From Rikenellaceae bacterium (GTDB lineage: Bacteria > Bacteroidota > Bacteroidia > Bacteroidales > UBA932): a stretch of 64,000 nt of DNA. Each line of letters starts with the position of its first letter. Position 1 is the first letter of the stretch. The notes beneath the pieces were generated by a model. The model saw nothing but the letters and a program-made list of their open reading frames with translations, did not search any database and was not told where the DNA came from. Shown one piece after another: positions 10,473 to 20,523 of the stretch. The stretch is from the NCBI GenBank assembly GCA_900769885.1, contig CAAGIG010000087.1, forward strand, positions 12,966-76,965, written 5' to 3'. A program made the position numbers and the translations under genes.

Positions 10473-11246
10473 TTAATAATAATATACTGGGTTAGTACTG
10501 TTGTTTGCAATTTGAACCGCAAAGTTAGGAAATTTTTCCATAACAATATCATAGATAACTCTCATTATCTGCGCTTCACTTTCAAAGTGACCGATATCTG
10601 CCACCATAAAATGGTCCGGACAATAAAAATCGTGATATGAAATATCCCCACAAAGATAAATTTGAGCACCTTTGCGGTACGCCATCTTAATAAGAGAACG
10701 GCCGCTGCCTCCACAAAGTGCCACTCTCTCTATTTTTCCGGAAACAGGCTTTGAATATCTGAAATGTTCCAACGAAAGGGAATTTTTTAGATATGCAAGA
10801 AAATCATCTGCATCCATAGGTTGCTCAAGTTTCCCAATAACACCCAAACCATCCCCATTCTCATCACTATCCAAAACCTGAACATCCTTTAAATTAAGCT
10901 TTTGTGCCAATGAACCACTCACCCCCGCAATAACTTTATCCATATTGGTATGGCACGAATAGACCACAATATCATTCTTTATCGCCTCAATGATGGCTCT
11001 TCCTGTCTGGTCTGCACCCGAAATTTTCTTCACACCGGAAAAAATCAATGGGTGATGGGTAACCACCATATCGGCTCCAACCTTAACAGCCTCTTCAATA
11101 AGCTCATAGCTCGGGTCAAAACCAATAAGGAGCTTGGTCACATCGGCATTTGGATCTCCAATACAGAAACCCGAATTATCCCAATTCTCCTGCAAGCCCA
11201 GAGGGGCAAATTCTTCTATAACTTGTGCTATTTCAAATGCTTTCAT
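10473..11246 (-). CDS. Nif3-family dinuclear metal centre protein (GTP cyclohydrolase 1 type 2 homologue)
   Basis: 257 aa with VVTHHPLIF and the C-terminal GHFESE motif. Confidence 0.85.
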   Translation of the reverse strand: MKAFEIAQVIEEFAPLGLQENWDNSGFCIGDPNADVTKLLIGFDPSYELIEEAVKVGADMVVTHHPLIFSGVKKISGADQTGRAIIEAIKNDIVVYSCHTNMDKVIAGVSGSLAQKLNLKDVQVLDSDENGDGLGVIGKLEQPMDADDFLAYLKNSLSLEHFRYSKPVSGKIERVALCGGSGRSLIKMAYRKGAQIYLCGDISYHDFYCPDHFMVADIGHFESEAQIMRVIYDIVMEKFPNFAVQIANNSTNPVYYY

Positions 11247-11248
11247 AT

Positions 11249-11593
11249 CTATTCATCAATCGATTTGGCAATATCCTGAAGCATCTCCTTTATCCCTTTC
11301 AGCCTCTGAACCACCTCTGCCCGATTATCCAACCCCTCTTTATTACCCTTCATCCTGGCTGCAGCCCCCTCAAGAGTCATTTTCTTATCTTTGACCAAAT
11401 GGTGGATAATCCGGAGATTCTCAATATCCTTAGGGGTGTACTTGCGGTCCCCTTTCGCATTTCTTTCAGGGCGGACAAAATTTGAAAATGAATCGGTCCA
11501 AAATCTGACCAGAGAGGTACTTTCTCCCAAAAGTTCAGCCACCTCTCCTATGGAATAATATAATTTTTCAGGTTTGTATTCTTTATATGCCAT
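11249..11593 (-). CDS. MerR-family transcriptional regulator
   Basis: 114 aa with an N-terminal HTH (YSIGEVAELLGESTSLVRFW). Confidence 0.75.
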   Translation of the reverse strand: MAYKEYKPEKLYYSIGEVAELLGESTSLVRFWTDSFSNFVRPERNAKGDRKYTPKDIENLRIIHHLVKDKKMTLEGAAARMKGNKEGLDNRAEVVQRLKGIKEMLQDIAKSIDE

Positions 11594-11605
11594 ACATTTA
11601 TATAT

Positions 11606-12559
11606 TTAATCCAATGATTGTCCTGTATTGACAGAAATAGACAACATATTCATATATGTCTCAGTATCAACACTTGCCGCCACAAACGACAGAGGATCCA
11701 TCACCTCTCCGTCCTTCAAAATTTCATAATGGAGATGAGGTGCAAAAGAGGTTCCGCTGCTTCCAACCCTCGCTATAACCTTCCCTTTTTGAATCTTTTG
11801 TCCCTTGCGCACCAGTACATCCGACAAATGGGCATACATTGTCTTATATCCATTTCCGTGGTTCAACACAATATTTGTCCCATCCAGCTTCTTGGAACGA
11901 GTCACAGACTCCACCACTCCATCAGCAGTCGAAATCACCTCCGTTCCCATTGGAACCAGAATATCCAAACCGTCGTGAAAGACAAGTTTCTTATAAAAAG
12001 GGTGAATCTTCTCTCCAACTGACGCCCCAATATGTTCCACTTCCCAATCTGCAACCGGAAGAATATCAGGTATATTTTCAAACTTATGACTCAAAATCCC
12101 AATTGAATCATTCACAAAAGAAAGCAACTCTCCACACTCCTCAAACTCATTCTCTACCCTCAACAATCTCCTCTGGGTACTGAATACCAAAGAAGATCCC
12201 AGTGTTGAATCTGTTGCAAATTTTGAAAGGGAATCATCTATCATCGAATAATCGGGGAAACTCGAATTGAAGATGTCATAATAGATCTGCTCATCCTTGA
12301 CCTGCAACTCTCCGAGAACCTCCTCAAGCAATTGGACTTCAGAACTCAACCTCTCATACTCTTGCTGAATCAAACGGGTTTCGGATTTTATTTTGCGTTG
12401 CTTCTCAGTTGTAACAATCAAAGAAAAAGCGAGATAGATAATCACTCCTGACAAAATGGAATAGCCGAGAAAAACAAGGAGTCGTTTCAGATAATATCCA
12501 ACTGTCTTTTTCTTCTCGACGAAAGTCAATGATTCTTTATCATAAGTTAACTTACCCAT
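11606..12559 (-). CDS. M23-family metallopeptidase, membrane-anchored with coiled coil
   Basis: 317 aa with a TM helix and coiled coil. Catalytic HxxxD (HDGLD) and HxH (HLH) motifs are both intact. Confidence 0.85.
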   Translation of the reverse strand: MGKLTYDKESLTFVEKKKTVGYYLKRLLVFLGYSILSGVIIYLAFSLIVTTEKQRKIKSETRLIQQEYERLSSEVQLLEEVLGELQVKDEQIYYDIFNSSFPDYSMIDDSLSKFATDSTLGSSLVFSTQRRLLRVENEFEECGELLSFVNDSIGILSHKFENIPDILPVADWEVEHIGASVGEKIHPFYKKLVFHDGLDILVPMGTEVISTADGVVESVTRSKKLDGTNIVLNHGNGYKTMYAHLSDVLVRKGQKIQKGKVIARVGSSGTSFAPHLHYEILKDGEVMDPLSFVAASVDTETYMNMLSISVNTGQSLD

Positions 12560-12564
12560 TCTAC

Positions 12565-13551
12565 TTAACTGAGAGGAATCTCTTCAGAATTAATAATCGC
12601 AGCATAATCCTCAGGCTCGATATCCTTATCATAATAGTTTACAGGATTTACAGGCTTGCCCATATACAACACTTCATAGTGAAGGTGAGTTGCAGTAGAA
12701 CGTCCTGTATTACCCATTTCAGCAATCTGCTGTCCCCTCTTAACGGTCTGTCCTTTAGCCACATTAGCTTTTCTCAAGTGAGCATATCTGGTGACATATC
12801 CAAAACCGTGGTCAATCTCGATATATTGTCCGAAACCACCTGTCTGGAATGAAACTTTTGTCACAACACCATTTCCGGTAGCATAAATAGGTTCTCCCTG
12901 CTTGCCCGATTTTGGTGCCAAATCTATACCATTATGCTGTTTGACCCTCTTGCGGCTGACAGGATCCAATCTCCGGCCATAGCCTGAAGTAAATTTCACA
13001 TTCTCAAAATTAGCAGGGGGAATAGTAGGGACACATTGTGCCATTTCCTCAGCCCTTTTCGAATATAATGATATCTGATCCAATGACTTGGATAGCAGAT
13101 ACGCCTTCTTTGCCAACACATCCGACTTCATCACCGAGCGTGTAAGGACTCCACTGAAATCGGCACTTTCAAGATATGAATATCTGTCCACACCACCAAT
13201 ACCCGCACTTCTGACATCCATTGGAATCTGCTCCATACCGAAGATTGAGCGGTAAAGATTGTTGTCCCTTCTCTCCATCTCATTGAGCTGCTGGTCTATA
13301 TCATTGAGTCTTCGGCCCAACAGATTCAATTTTGAGTGCCACTCCTTATAATTCTTCTCCAAAAGGAGTGTCTTGGGAGTAGTGATCTCGAGAATATCGG
13401 TAGTCACATAAAGTATCAATAAGAAAAACGCCACTCCGGAAACAGAATAGAGCAACATCTTCCTCAGCGAACTGCTAAAGAGAGATGACTGCTCAGCCAA
13501 CTCATAAGAAAGAGTCTTCTTATTAAAAATATATTCTTTTTTCCTGCTCAT
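12565..13551 (-). CDS. M23-family metallopeptidase, membrane-anchored with coiled coil
   Basis: 328 aa with the same architecture as its neighbour. HNGID and HLH motifs are intact. Confidence 0.85.
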   Translation of the reverse strand: MSRKKEYIFNKKTLSYELAEQSSLFSSSLRKMLLYSVSGVAFFLLILYVTTDILEITTPKTLLLEKNYKEWHSKLNLLGRRLNDIDQQLNEMERRDNNLYRSIFGMEQIPMDVRSAGIGGVDRYSYLESADFSGVLTRSVMKSDVLAKKAYLLSKSLDQISLYSKRAEEMAQCVPTIPPANFENVKFTSGYGRRLDPVSRKRVKQHNGIDLAPKSGKQGEPIYATGNGVVTKVSFQTGGFGQYIEIDHGFGYVTRYAHLRKANVAKGQTVKRGQQIAEMGNTGRSTATHLHYEVLYMGKPVNPVNYYDKDIEPEDYAAIINSEEIPLS

Positions 13552-13591
13552 TTAAACCGATTATCCCAATTACGGGGCAAAAATATAAATT

Positions 13592-14287
13592 TTAAAAAAT
13601 ATTATCAAAATATGAGGGAATATATAATAGAACTTCTCCCTGTGGAGTCAACTCCAAAGAGACATTACTCTCTGATACTCTGTTCAATGTAGCTTTCCAC
13701 CACATATCAAAAACAACATCATCAGTAGGGTATTCCAAACCGCGGCTCACAATTCTTATTGCAGGATCCATTGAGAAAATAGACAATTGCTGTCCTACAG
13801 GAAGGAGAAATCTGGATGATTGGGAAATTGGATAAAAAGTTCCATAATCTGTCATCATTGAAATACTATGTCTGAATCCTTTTACACAAAGATATGCATC
13901 ATACTCTGCAAGATGAGATATATTTCCCAAAGTATGGTCCTCCCTTTTTCCGGTCGCACCAAAAATAACTATTGAAAATGGCGGAATATCCTCTTTGGAT
14001 TTATTTTCAATATCAATAAGTCTGCAAACCAGTCTGAATGCTTTGGACAAATCGTTGGTCTGCTGCTCTGTCTCCTGATACAATCTGTCTGCAAGCAATT
14101 CTTTGTGCTCCTGTGAGATTGAATCCATATCTCCCGCAACATATTCGGGTTTACGATACTTTATAAAATTGGCAACCGCCCCATCACAACATACCACCAC
14201 ATCACACGAAAGCAACTTTTCAAGGACCACTTCATTTTCAGGAAATGATCCATCGCATAAAATTGCATAAGAGAGGGGAGAACTCAT
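13592..14287 (-). CDS. thiN: thiamine pyrophosphokinase
   Basis: Motifs GDMDS, QQTNDLSKA and GATGKREDH. I start it at the internal ATG (14287-14285, MSSPLSYAILCDG), because the longer tracked ORF would overlap the upstream gene by about 100 nt. Confidence 0.75.
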   Translation of the reverse strand: MSSPLSYAILCDGSFPENEVVLEKLLSCDVVVCCDGAVANFIKYRKPEYVAGDMDSISQEHKELLADRLYQETEQQTNDLSKAFRLVCRLIDIENKSKEDIPPFSIVIFGATGKREDHTLGNISHLAEYDAYLCVKGFRHSISMMTDYGTFYPISQSSRFLLPVGQQLSIFSMDPAIRIVSRGLEYPTDDVVFDMWWKATLNRVSESNVSLELTPQGEVLLYIPSYFDNIF

Positions 14288-14294
14288 AGAAGAA

Positions 14295-16772
14295 CTACTC
14301 GAAATAACATTGTTCACCCCTGAAACCGGCAAGGAATCCTCCAATTGGAAGACGTTTTTTACCGGGAGCCTGAATTTCCAGAATTGAGACAAACTGATCG
14401 GCAGCTCTTACCCACATTCTCGATTTGCCGTCAGTGACAACTGCACCTACAGGCAATTCCATATACTCCTGAGAAAGTTCCGGAGAGACCACATCCACAG
14501 CAAAAATCTTCATTTCCAATTTCTGTTCATCAAAACAAAGGGTAGAATGTGTTCCCGGTCTTGGAGAGAGACCTCTTACAAGGTTATATATTTGCTCAGC
14601 CGAACTGTTCCAGTCAATTTTGCCTGTAGCAGGTGTCAGTTTCGGTGCATAACGGGCATACTCGGGTACCGATTCGATACATTGAGTCTGAGGTTGTGTC
14701 TGAACATTACCACTTTGAAGAGCATCCACTGTCTTGCAGACAAGTCTTGAACCCACCGCCATCAGTTTGTCGTGAAGGGTTCCGATGTTGTCCTGACGCT
14801 CTATTTCCACCGACTCTGTAAAGATAATTTCACCGGTATCAATATGTTCATCCAATAGGAATGTAGTTACACCTGTAACCTTTTCTCCATTGATTATTGC
14901 CCAGTTGATAGGGGCAGCACCCCTGTAGGCAGGAAGTAACGAAGCATGAAGATTGAATGTCCCTTTAGGAGGCATTGCCCAGACAGCTTTTGGCAACATT
15001 CTGAAAGCCACCACCACGAATATATCTGCATTGAATGCACGCAAATCTTCCAAAAACTGAGGGTCTTTCATCGACTCAGGCTGCAAAAGCGGAATAGCAG
15101 GAGTAAGACCATCCTCTGACAATGAAAGAAGATATTGTTTTACTGCTGAACAATTTATCTTTTGTCCACGACCACTTTTCTTATCGGGAACAGTGACTGC
15201 ACCCACAACATTATATCCACCTTCGATCAATGCCTTCAACGAATTGACAGCAAAATCGGGTGTACCCATAAAGACGATTCTGCATCTTTTATCTTCTACT
15301 TTCATCACACTCTTCTCTTTTCTGTTTTTTCTATAATCATTGAACTGACCAATCCTGGCAATAAAGTTTTTGATTGGTTGCAAATATGTCTCAATATTGA
15401 AGATTGAAGAATCTTTAGTCGATTTCCAGGTAAGGAACACACCTATCGGCAAAAGGACTATTGTTGAGATAAATGCCCCGAGCTCAGGAGATATCGCTCC
15501 GTCTCGGGCAAGTTTTTTACCCGAAATATCGACAACCCAATACAATACAAAGAATAGAGCCGATACGATAACGGGTGTTCCCAATCCCCCTTTTCGGATA
15601 ATTGCCCCAAGAGGTGCACCGATAAAGAAGAAAATAAAACAAGCAAATGACAAAGTATATTTACGGAGAGACTCCAAATCTATCCTGCGAAGATAGTGAG
15701 TATGTTGAAGCACCTCTCTATCATATATTTGCATTGTTTGGACAGCCTTTCTGGCAGCCGCAATCGCTTTCTCTACAGCCTCCCGCTCACGATACAGATC
15801 CCCCCACTCTTCGAGCGAATCGAGCGGGAATGAATTTTTAAGATTCCTGTTCTTTAAGGTATCGAGATGTTCCCCTTTATTCAAACCTATCTTATAAGGA
15901 ACCTCTCTTTCGTGAACTAAAATTGTAGAATCATATTGAGCCCCGATTGAGTCTCTGTCGTGCTTCAGCTGTTTGAGATTTCTGGACATCACATCAGAGC
16001 CATACCTCTCGCTTTCAGACTTTTTGAAAGCATAGTTCTCCAATGGGATAATCACTTCCTGCATTGAAAACTCCAACTGCTGCACCGCATAACTTGTATC
16101 TTTGAAACTCTTCTTGTTGGTCTCTTCATATTGGACACCATTGTACAATGTAAAGATAAGAGCATCCATTTCGCGGGTCGACTTCAACATTCCCGAATCG
16201 GCTATTGCGAGAGAGACATTCCCTTTATTTCCTGTATGATTATAGACCATCACATCATACATCATACCTGTCTTTTTATTTCGGGAATCGACCCTCAAAG
16301 AATACCCTTCTATACCATTGTAAAATGTACCGGTGGGAATTTTAATCTCTTCCTTGGTTTTTGATATATCATACTGTAAAGTATATATCTTATTGTATGC
16401 CAGAGGGATAAGATTATTTGAAACAAAAAATGCGGCAACACTTATAAACATTGCCACAAATATCAGGGGAACGAAAACCCTCTGCAATGAAATACCGGCA
16501 GCCTTCATAGCAAGAAGTTCATTATTCTCCCCTAAATTACCGAATGTCATAATGGAAGCCAAAAGGGTTGACAAGGGCATCGACAACGGCAAAATGGTCG
16601 CCGATCCCCAAGCCAAAAACTCCATTATAACCCAGAAACTCAAACCTTTTCCTACCAAATCATCTATATAGAGCCATAGAAACTGCATCACCAGAATAAA
16701 AACGGTGATGAAAAAGGTCATAATAAATGGCCCCGCAAATGACTTTAATATGAAAAGGTCCAATTTCTTCAT
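14295..16772 (-). CDS. in-frame fusion: LptF/LptG-family (YjgP/YjgQ) permease (nt 15306-16772) plus methionyl-tRNA formyltransferase (nt 14295-15305)
   Basis: Single 825-aa ORF. The N-terminal ~490 aa have the permease pattern (ILKSF.GPF, NNELLAMKAAGIS, a large periplasmic loop, C-terminal TM helices). The C-terminal 336 aa start MKVEDKRCRIVFMGTPDFAV and carry HASLLPAYRGAAPINWAII. I re-translated the junction by hand (FNDYRKNRKEKSV-MKVEDK) and found no stop. Confidence 0.8.
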   Translation of the reverse strand: MKKLDLFILKSFAGPFIMTFFITVFILVMQFLWLYIDDLVGKGLSFWVIMEFLAWGSATILPLSMPLSTLLASIMTFGNLGENNELLAMKAAGISLQRVFVPLIFVAMFISVAAFFVSNNLIPLAYNKIYTLQYDISKTKEEIKIPTGTFYNGIEGYSLRVDSRNKKTGMMYDVMVYNHTGNKGNVSLAIADSGMLKSTREMDALIFTLYNGVQYEETNKKSFKDTSYAVQQLEFSMQEVIIPLENYAFKKSESERYGSDVMSRNLKQLKHDRDSIGAQYDSTILVHEREVPYKIGLNKGEHLDTLKNRNLKNSFPLDSLEEWGDLYREREAVEKAIAAARKAVQTMQIYDREVLQHTHYLRRIDLESLRKYTLSFACFIFFFIGAPLGAIIRKGGLGTPVIVSALFFVLYWVVDISGKKLARDGAISPELGAFISTIVLLPIGVFLTWKSTKDSSIFNIETYLQPIKNFIARIGQFNDYRKNRKEKSVMKVEDKRCRIVFMGTPDFAVNSLKALIEGGYNVVGAVTVPDKKSGRGQKINCSAVKQYLLSLSEDGLTPAIPLLQPESMKDPQFLEDLRAFNADIFVVVAFRMLPKAVWAMPPKGTFNLHASLLPAYRGAAPINWAIINGEKVTGVTTFLLDEHIDTGEIIFTESVEIERQDNIGTLHDKLMAVGSRLVCKTVDALQSGNVQTQPQTQCIESVPEYARYAPKLTPATGKIDWNSSAEQIYNLVRGLSPRPGTHSTLCFDEQKLEMKIFAVDVVSPELSQEYMELPVGAVVTDGKSRMWVRAADQFVSILEIQAPGKKRLPIGGFLAGFRGEQCYFE

Positions 16773-16776
16773 TTGA

Positions 16777-19392
16777 TTACTTTGAAATCAATTCCAACAT
16801 TTTTTCCATTGCAGCTGCAAGGCCATCGATATTCTTACCACCTGCTGTAGCAAGGAAGTTCTGGCCACCGCCGCCGCCATTGACTAATTTAGCAACCTCT
16901 TTGATATCTTTACCTGCATTAGCCCCTGCCTGTACCAGATCATCAGAGTACATAATCAACAAAGAAGGCTTGTTGTCAAGAGTCTGGAACGCTGCAAACA
17001 TCGCTGCATTTTTATACTCGCTGTGAAGACGGAATGCCACCTCTTTAATGATATCAGGACGATAAGAACCCTGCAATGTAAACACTTTGACGCCGTTAAT
17101 TTCTGTAGACATCTCCTCAACAGCTTTCTTCAACGAAACAATTCTCTCTTTGTCCACCTCTTCCATAGCTTTCTTATATGCCTCATTTTCACGAACCATC
17201 TTAGAAATGCTATTTACAAGATTAGGAGTATTTTCAAAGAACTCTTTAGCTGCTCTCAACTGATCTTCAAGCTGTTCGATAACCACCTCAACTTGAGATC
17301 CAGTCACAGCCTCAATACGACGCACACCTGCCGCAACTGCAGATTCGGACATTATTTTCAACATACCGATATTACCTGTAGAAGCTGCGTGGGTACCGCC
17401 ACAAAGTTCAATTGAGTCTCCAAATTTGATTGCTCTCACCTTGTTACCGTATTTTTCTCCGAACAAAGCCATTGCACCCATCTCTTTAGCTTCATTGATA
17501 TCGATATCACGGAATTCCACTTTATGGATATCCTCTCTTACAATTGTATTGACAATTCTCTCAACCTCTTTCAAATGCTCAGGTGAAACCTTCTCATAAT
17601 GAGAGAAGTCAAATCTCAAATAGCCAGGAGAGACATAAGAACCTTTTTGTTCAATATGTGTTCCCAATACCTTACGGAGAGCATAGTGCAACAAGTGGGT
17701 TGCTGTGTGGTTGTTTGCTGTGCTTAGTCTCTTTTCAACATCTACTACAGCGTGGAAACTCTCTTGTGGATCTGCAGGAATACGTTCAGCCACGTGAATA
17801 TTGAGATTATTCTCCTTAATTGTATTTACAATGTTGATTTTCTCACCAGAAGCCGATTGGATGTATCCACAATCACCAACTTGTCCACCACTCTCAGCAT
17901 AGAAAGGTGAACGGTCAAACACCAATTGGTACAACTCTTTATTTTTTGTCTTTACAGTTCTGTATTTGATGATGTTAACATCTGTTTCCAATTCATCATA
18001 TCCGACAAAAACACTTGTAGCAACTTCGTCCAACACTACCCAGTCACCCTCCTGAACAGCTGATGCTGCTCTGGCTCTCTCCTTCTGCTTGTTAAGTTCT
18101 TCCTCAAAACCTGCAACATCGATTGTAAAACCGTGCTCCTTGGCAATAAGTTCACTCAAATCGAGAGGGAAACCGTAAGTATCGTATAGAGTAAAGGTAT
18201 CTTTTCCCGAAATAACCTTAGTATCAGCATTTTTCTCAATAATACCATTGATAAGGCCGATACCGCGGGACAAAGTTCTCAAGAATGCCTCCTCTTCCTC
18301 TTTGATAACCTTTTCAATCAAAGATTGTTGAGATTTCAATTCTGGATAAGCATCACCCATCACATCCACCAATGTAGGAACCAAACGGCAAAGGAAAGGT
18401 TCATTGAAACCGAGGAATGTATATCCATAGCGGACCGCTCTTCTCAAAATACGGCGGATAACATATCCCGCTTTCACATTTGAAGGCAACTGGCCGTCTG
18501 CAATAGAGAAACTGATTGCTCTGATATGGTCGGCAATAACTCTCATTGCTACATCCTGATCCTTGTCTTCTCCATACTTCTTACCAGAAAGAGAGGCAAT
18601 TGAATCGATGATATCGGTAAACATATCTCCCTGATAGTTACTTTCATTACGATTGATTGCCATAACAAGACGTTCGAAACCCATACCTGTATCAACGTGT
18701 TTGTGAGGCAAAAGTTCCAAAGTTCCGTTAGCCTTTCTATTGTATTGGATAAACACAAGATTCCAAATCTCAATCACAAGGTGGTGACCTTTATTAACAA
18801 GTTCTGCTCCTGGGACCTTAGCTCTCTCCTCATCGCTTCTCAAGTCAACGTGAATTTCACTACAAGGACCGCAAGGACCTGTATCACCCATTTCCCAGAA
18901 ATTATCTTTTTTGTTACCCAAAATGATTCTGTCATCCGACAAAAACTCTTTCCAGTAACCTCTCGCCTCTTCGTCAAGGCTTACATTATCCGATTCGCTT
19001 CCTTCAAAAACTGTCACATAGAGACGGTCCTTATCGAGTTTGTAAACCTCGGTAAGAAGTTCCCAAGCCCAGGAAATTGCCTCTTTTTTGAAATAATCTC
19101 CAAAACTCCAGTTTCCGAGCATTTCAAACATAGTGTGGTGATATGAATCGTGTCCCACCTCTTCCAGGTCGTTATGTTTTCCACTAACCCTCAGACATTT
19201 CTGGCTGTCCGCAACACGAGGATAAAGTGCAGGGGAGTTACCCAAAAACCAATCTTTGAACTGGTTCATACCTGCATTTGTAAACATAAGAGTTGGATCC
19301 CCCTTAACCACCATCGGTGCTGAAGGGACAATCTGATGACCTTTCGATGCGAAAAAGTCTAAAAACGTTTGTCTGATCTCTTTAGAAGTCAT
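16777..19392 (-). CDS. alaS: alanine--tRNA ligase
   Basis: 871 aa. Class II core ([20 protein letters not shown]), editing-domain motifs HTATHLL and CGGTH, and a C-terminal DHHA1-like GGGG region. Confidence 0.95.
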   Translation of the reverse strand: MTSKEIRQTFLDFFASKGHQIVPSAPMVVKGDPTLMFTNAGMNQFKDWFLGNSPALYPRVADSQKCLRVSGKHNDLEEVGHDSYHHTMFEMLGNWSFGDYFKKEAISWAWELLTEVYKLDKDRLYVTVFEGSESDNVSLDEEARGYWKEFLSDDRIILGNKKDNFWEMGDTGPCGPCSEIHVDLRSDEERAKVPGAELVNKGHHLVIEIWNLVFIQYNRKANGTLELLPHKHVDTGMGFERLVMAINRNESNYQGDMFTDIIDSIASLSGKKYGEDKDQDVAMRVIADHIRAISFSIADGQLPSNVKAGYVIRRILRRAVRYGYTFLGFNEPFLCRLVPTLVDVMGDAYPELKSQQSLIEKVIKEEEEAFLRTLSRGIGLINGIIEKNADTKVISGKDTFTLYDTYGFPLDLSELIAKEHGFTIDVAGFEEELNKQKERARAASAVQEGDWVVLDEVATSVFVGYDELETDVNIIKYRTVKTKNKELYQLVFDRSPFYAESGGQVGDCGYIQSASGEKINIVNTIKENNLNIHVAERIPADPQESFHAVVDVEKRLSTANNHTATHLLHYALRKVLGTHIEQKGSYVSPGYLRFDFSHYEKVSPEHLKEVERIVNTIVREDIHKVEFRDIDINEAKEMGAMALFGEKYGNKVRAIKFGDSIELCGGTHAASTGNIGMLKIMSESAVAAGVRRIEAVTGSQVEVVIEQLEDQLRAAKEFFENTPNLVNSISKMVRENEAYKKAMEEVDKERIVSLKKAVEEMSTEINGVKVFTLQGSYRPDIIKEVAFRLHSEYKNAAMFAAFQTLDNKPSLLIMYSDDLVQAGANAGKDIKEVAKLVNGGGGGQNFLATAGGKNIDGLAAAMEKMLELISK

Positions 19393-19424
19393 ATCAACTA
19401 TAATTTAACTGTTTATATTCAATA

Positions 19425-20519
19425 TTATTTAGGAGCCATTCTATACAATACCCCCGCAATTACTGCATAAATCACATTTGGCAGCCACAATGCAATCCAC
19501 GGCGGTAAAGTGTCTGTAATAACAAACATCTGGCTGAATTTCAAAAACAAAATATATGAGAAACTCAAGGCAATTCCTACCCCAAGATTGAGTCCGATAC
19601 CCCCTCTTCGCTTCTTTGAAGAGAGAGAGACACCAATCAAAGTGAGAATAAATGCCGAAAAAGGTACAGCAAATCGGGTATTCTTCTCAATCAAAGAATA
19701 CTTGACCATACTGTCCCCACGAAGTTTCTGCATAGCAATCAACTCGTCGAGCTGTTTATATGTAAGTGTTTCCACTGTACTCTCCCTTCTGTAGAAGTCG
19801 TCGACAGTAAGTGAAATCACCGTATCTTTTGTATCTCCAAATACTATTTTCTGATCTGAAGTTGTATAATCCCTTAAAGTATAATTTCTTAGTTTCCACG
19901 CCCCTTTTGTAGAATCCCACGCCGCACTCTCCGCTGTAAGTTTGGAAACCAGGTGACTCTCTTTAGTCGATTCGAGAGTAAATTTGTATGCAGTATTGTT
20001 CCAGGTGCTGAATGACTCCACATATACAAACTGCCCGGGAGCAATCTGATAATGGATATTCCTGCTGGTATTATAATACTTCTGTCCTTTTATATACTGC
20101 TCCTCAAACTTCAGCCTCCGCACATTGGCAGAGGGAATAACAAAGAGATTGAGTACCAGGCTCAAAGAGGCAATAAGCAAAGATGAGATAAAGTAAGGAT
20201 ACATCAATCTTCCAAAACTTATCCCACCGGAGAGCATCGCCACAAACTCACTGTTCCCCGCCAGTTTCGATGTAAAGAAGATAACCGTTATGAAAACAAA
20301 TAACGGACTGAACATATTCACAAAATAGGGAATGAAGTTCAGATAATAGTCAAATGCTATCGATTTGAGAGGAGCCTCTGAATCTACAAAGTCGTCAATT
20401 TTTTCACTGATGTCAAAAATAATCACAATGAAGATAATCAATAGCAAAGCCACAAAGAAAGTTCCAATGAACTTCTTAATGATATATCTGTCAAGTATGT
20501 TTATTTTAAAATTCATCAA
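19425..20519 (-). CDS. LptF/LptG-family LPS export permease (LptG-sized)
   Basis: 364 aa. ILDRYIIKKFIGTF start, six predicted TM helices and a central periplasmic domain. Confidence 0.8.
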   Translation of the reverse strand: MMNFKINILDRYIIKKFIGTFFVALLLIIFIVIIFDISEKIDDFVDSEAPLKSIAFDYYLNFIPYFVNMFSPLFVFITVIFFTSKLAGNSEFVAMLSGGISFGRLMYPYFISSLLIASLSLVLNLFVIPSANVRRLKFEEQYIKGQKYYNTSRNIHYQIAPGQFVYVESFSTWNNTAYKFTLESTKESHLVSKLTAESAAWDSTKGAWKLRNYTLRDYTTSDQKIVFGDTKDTVISLTVDDFYRRESTVETLTYKQLDELIAMQKLRGDSMVKYSLIEKNTRFAVPFSAFILTLIGVSLSSKKRRGGIGLNLGVGIALSFSYILFLKFSQMFVITDTLPPWIALWLPNVIYAVIAGVLYRMAPK

Positions 20520-20523
20520 TCAA

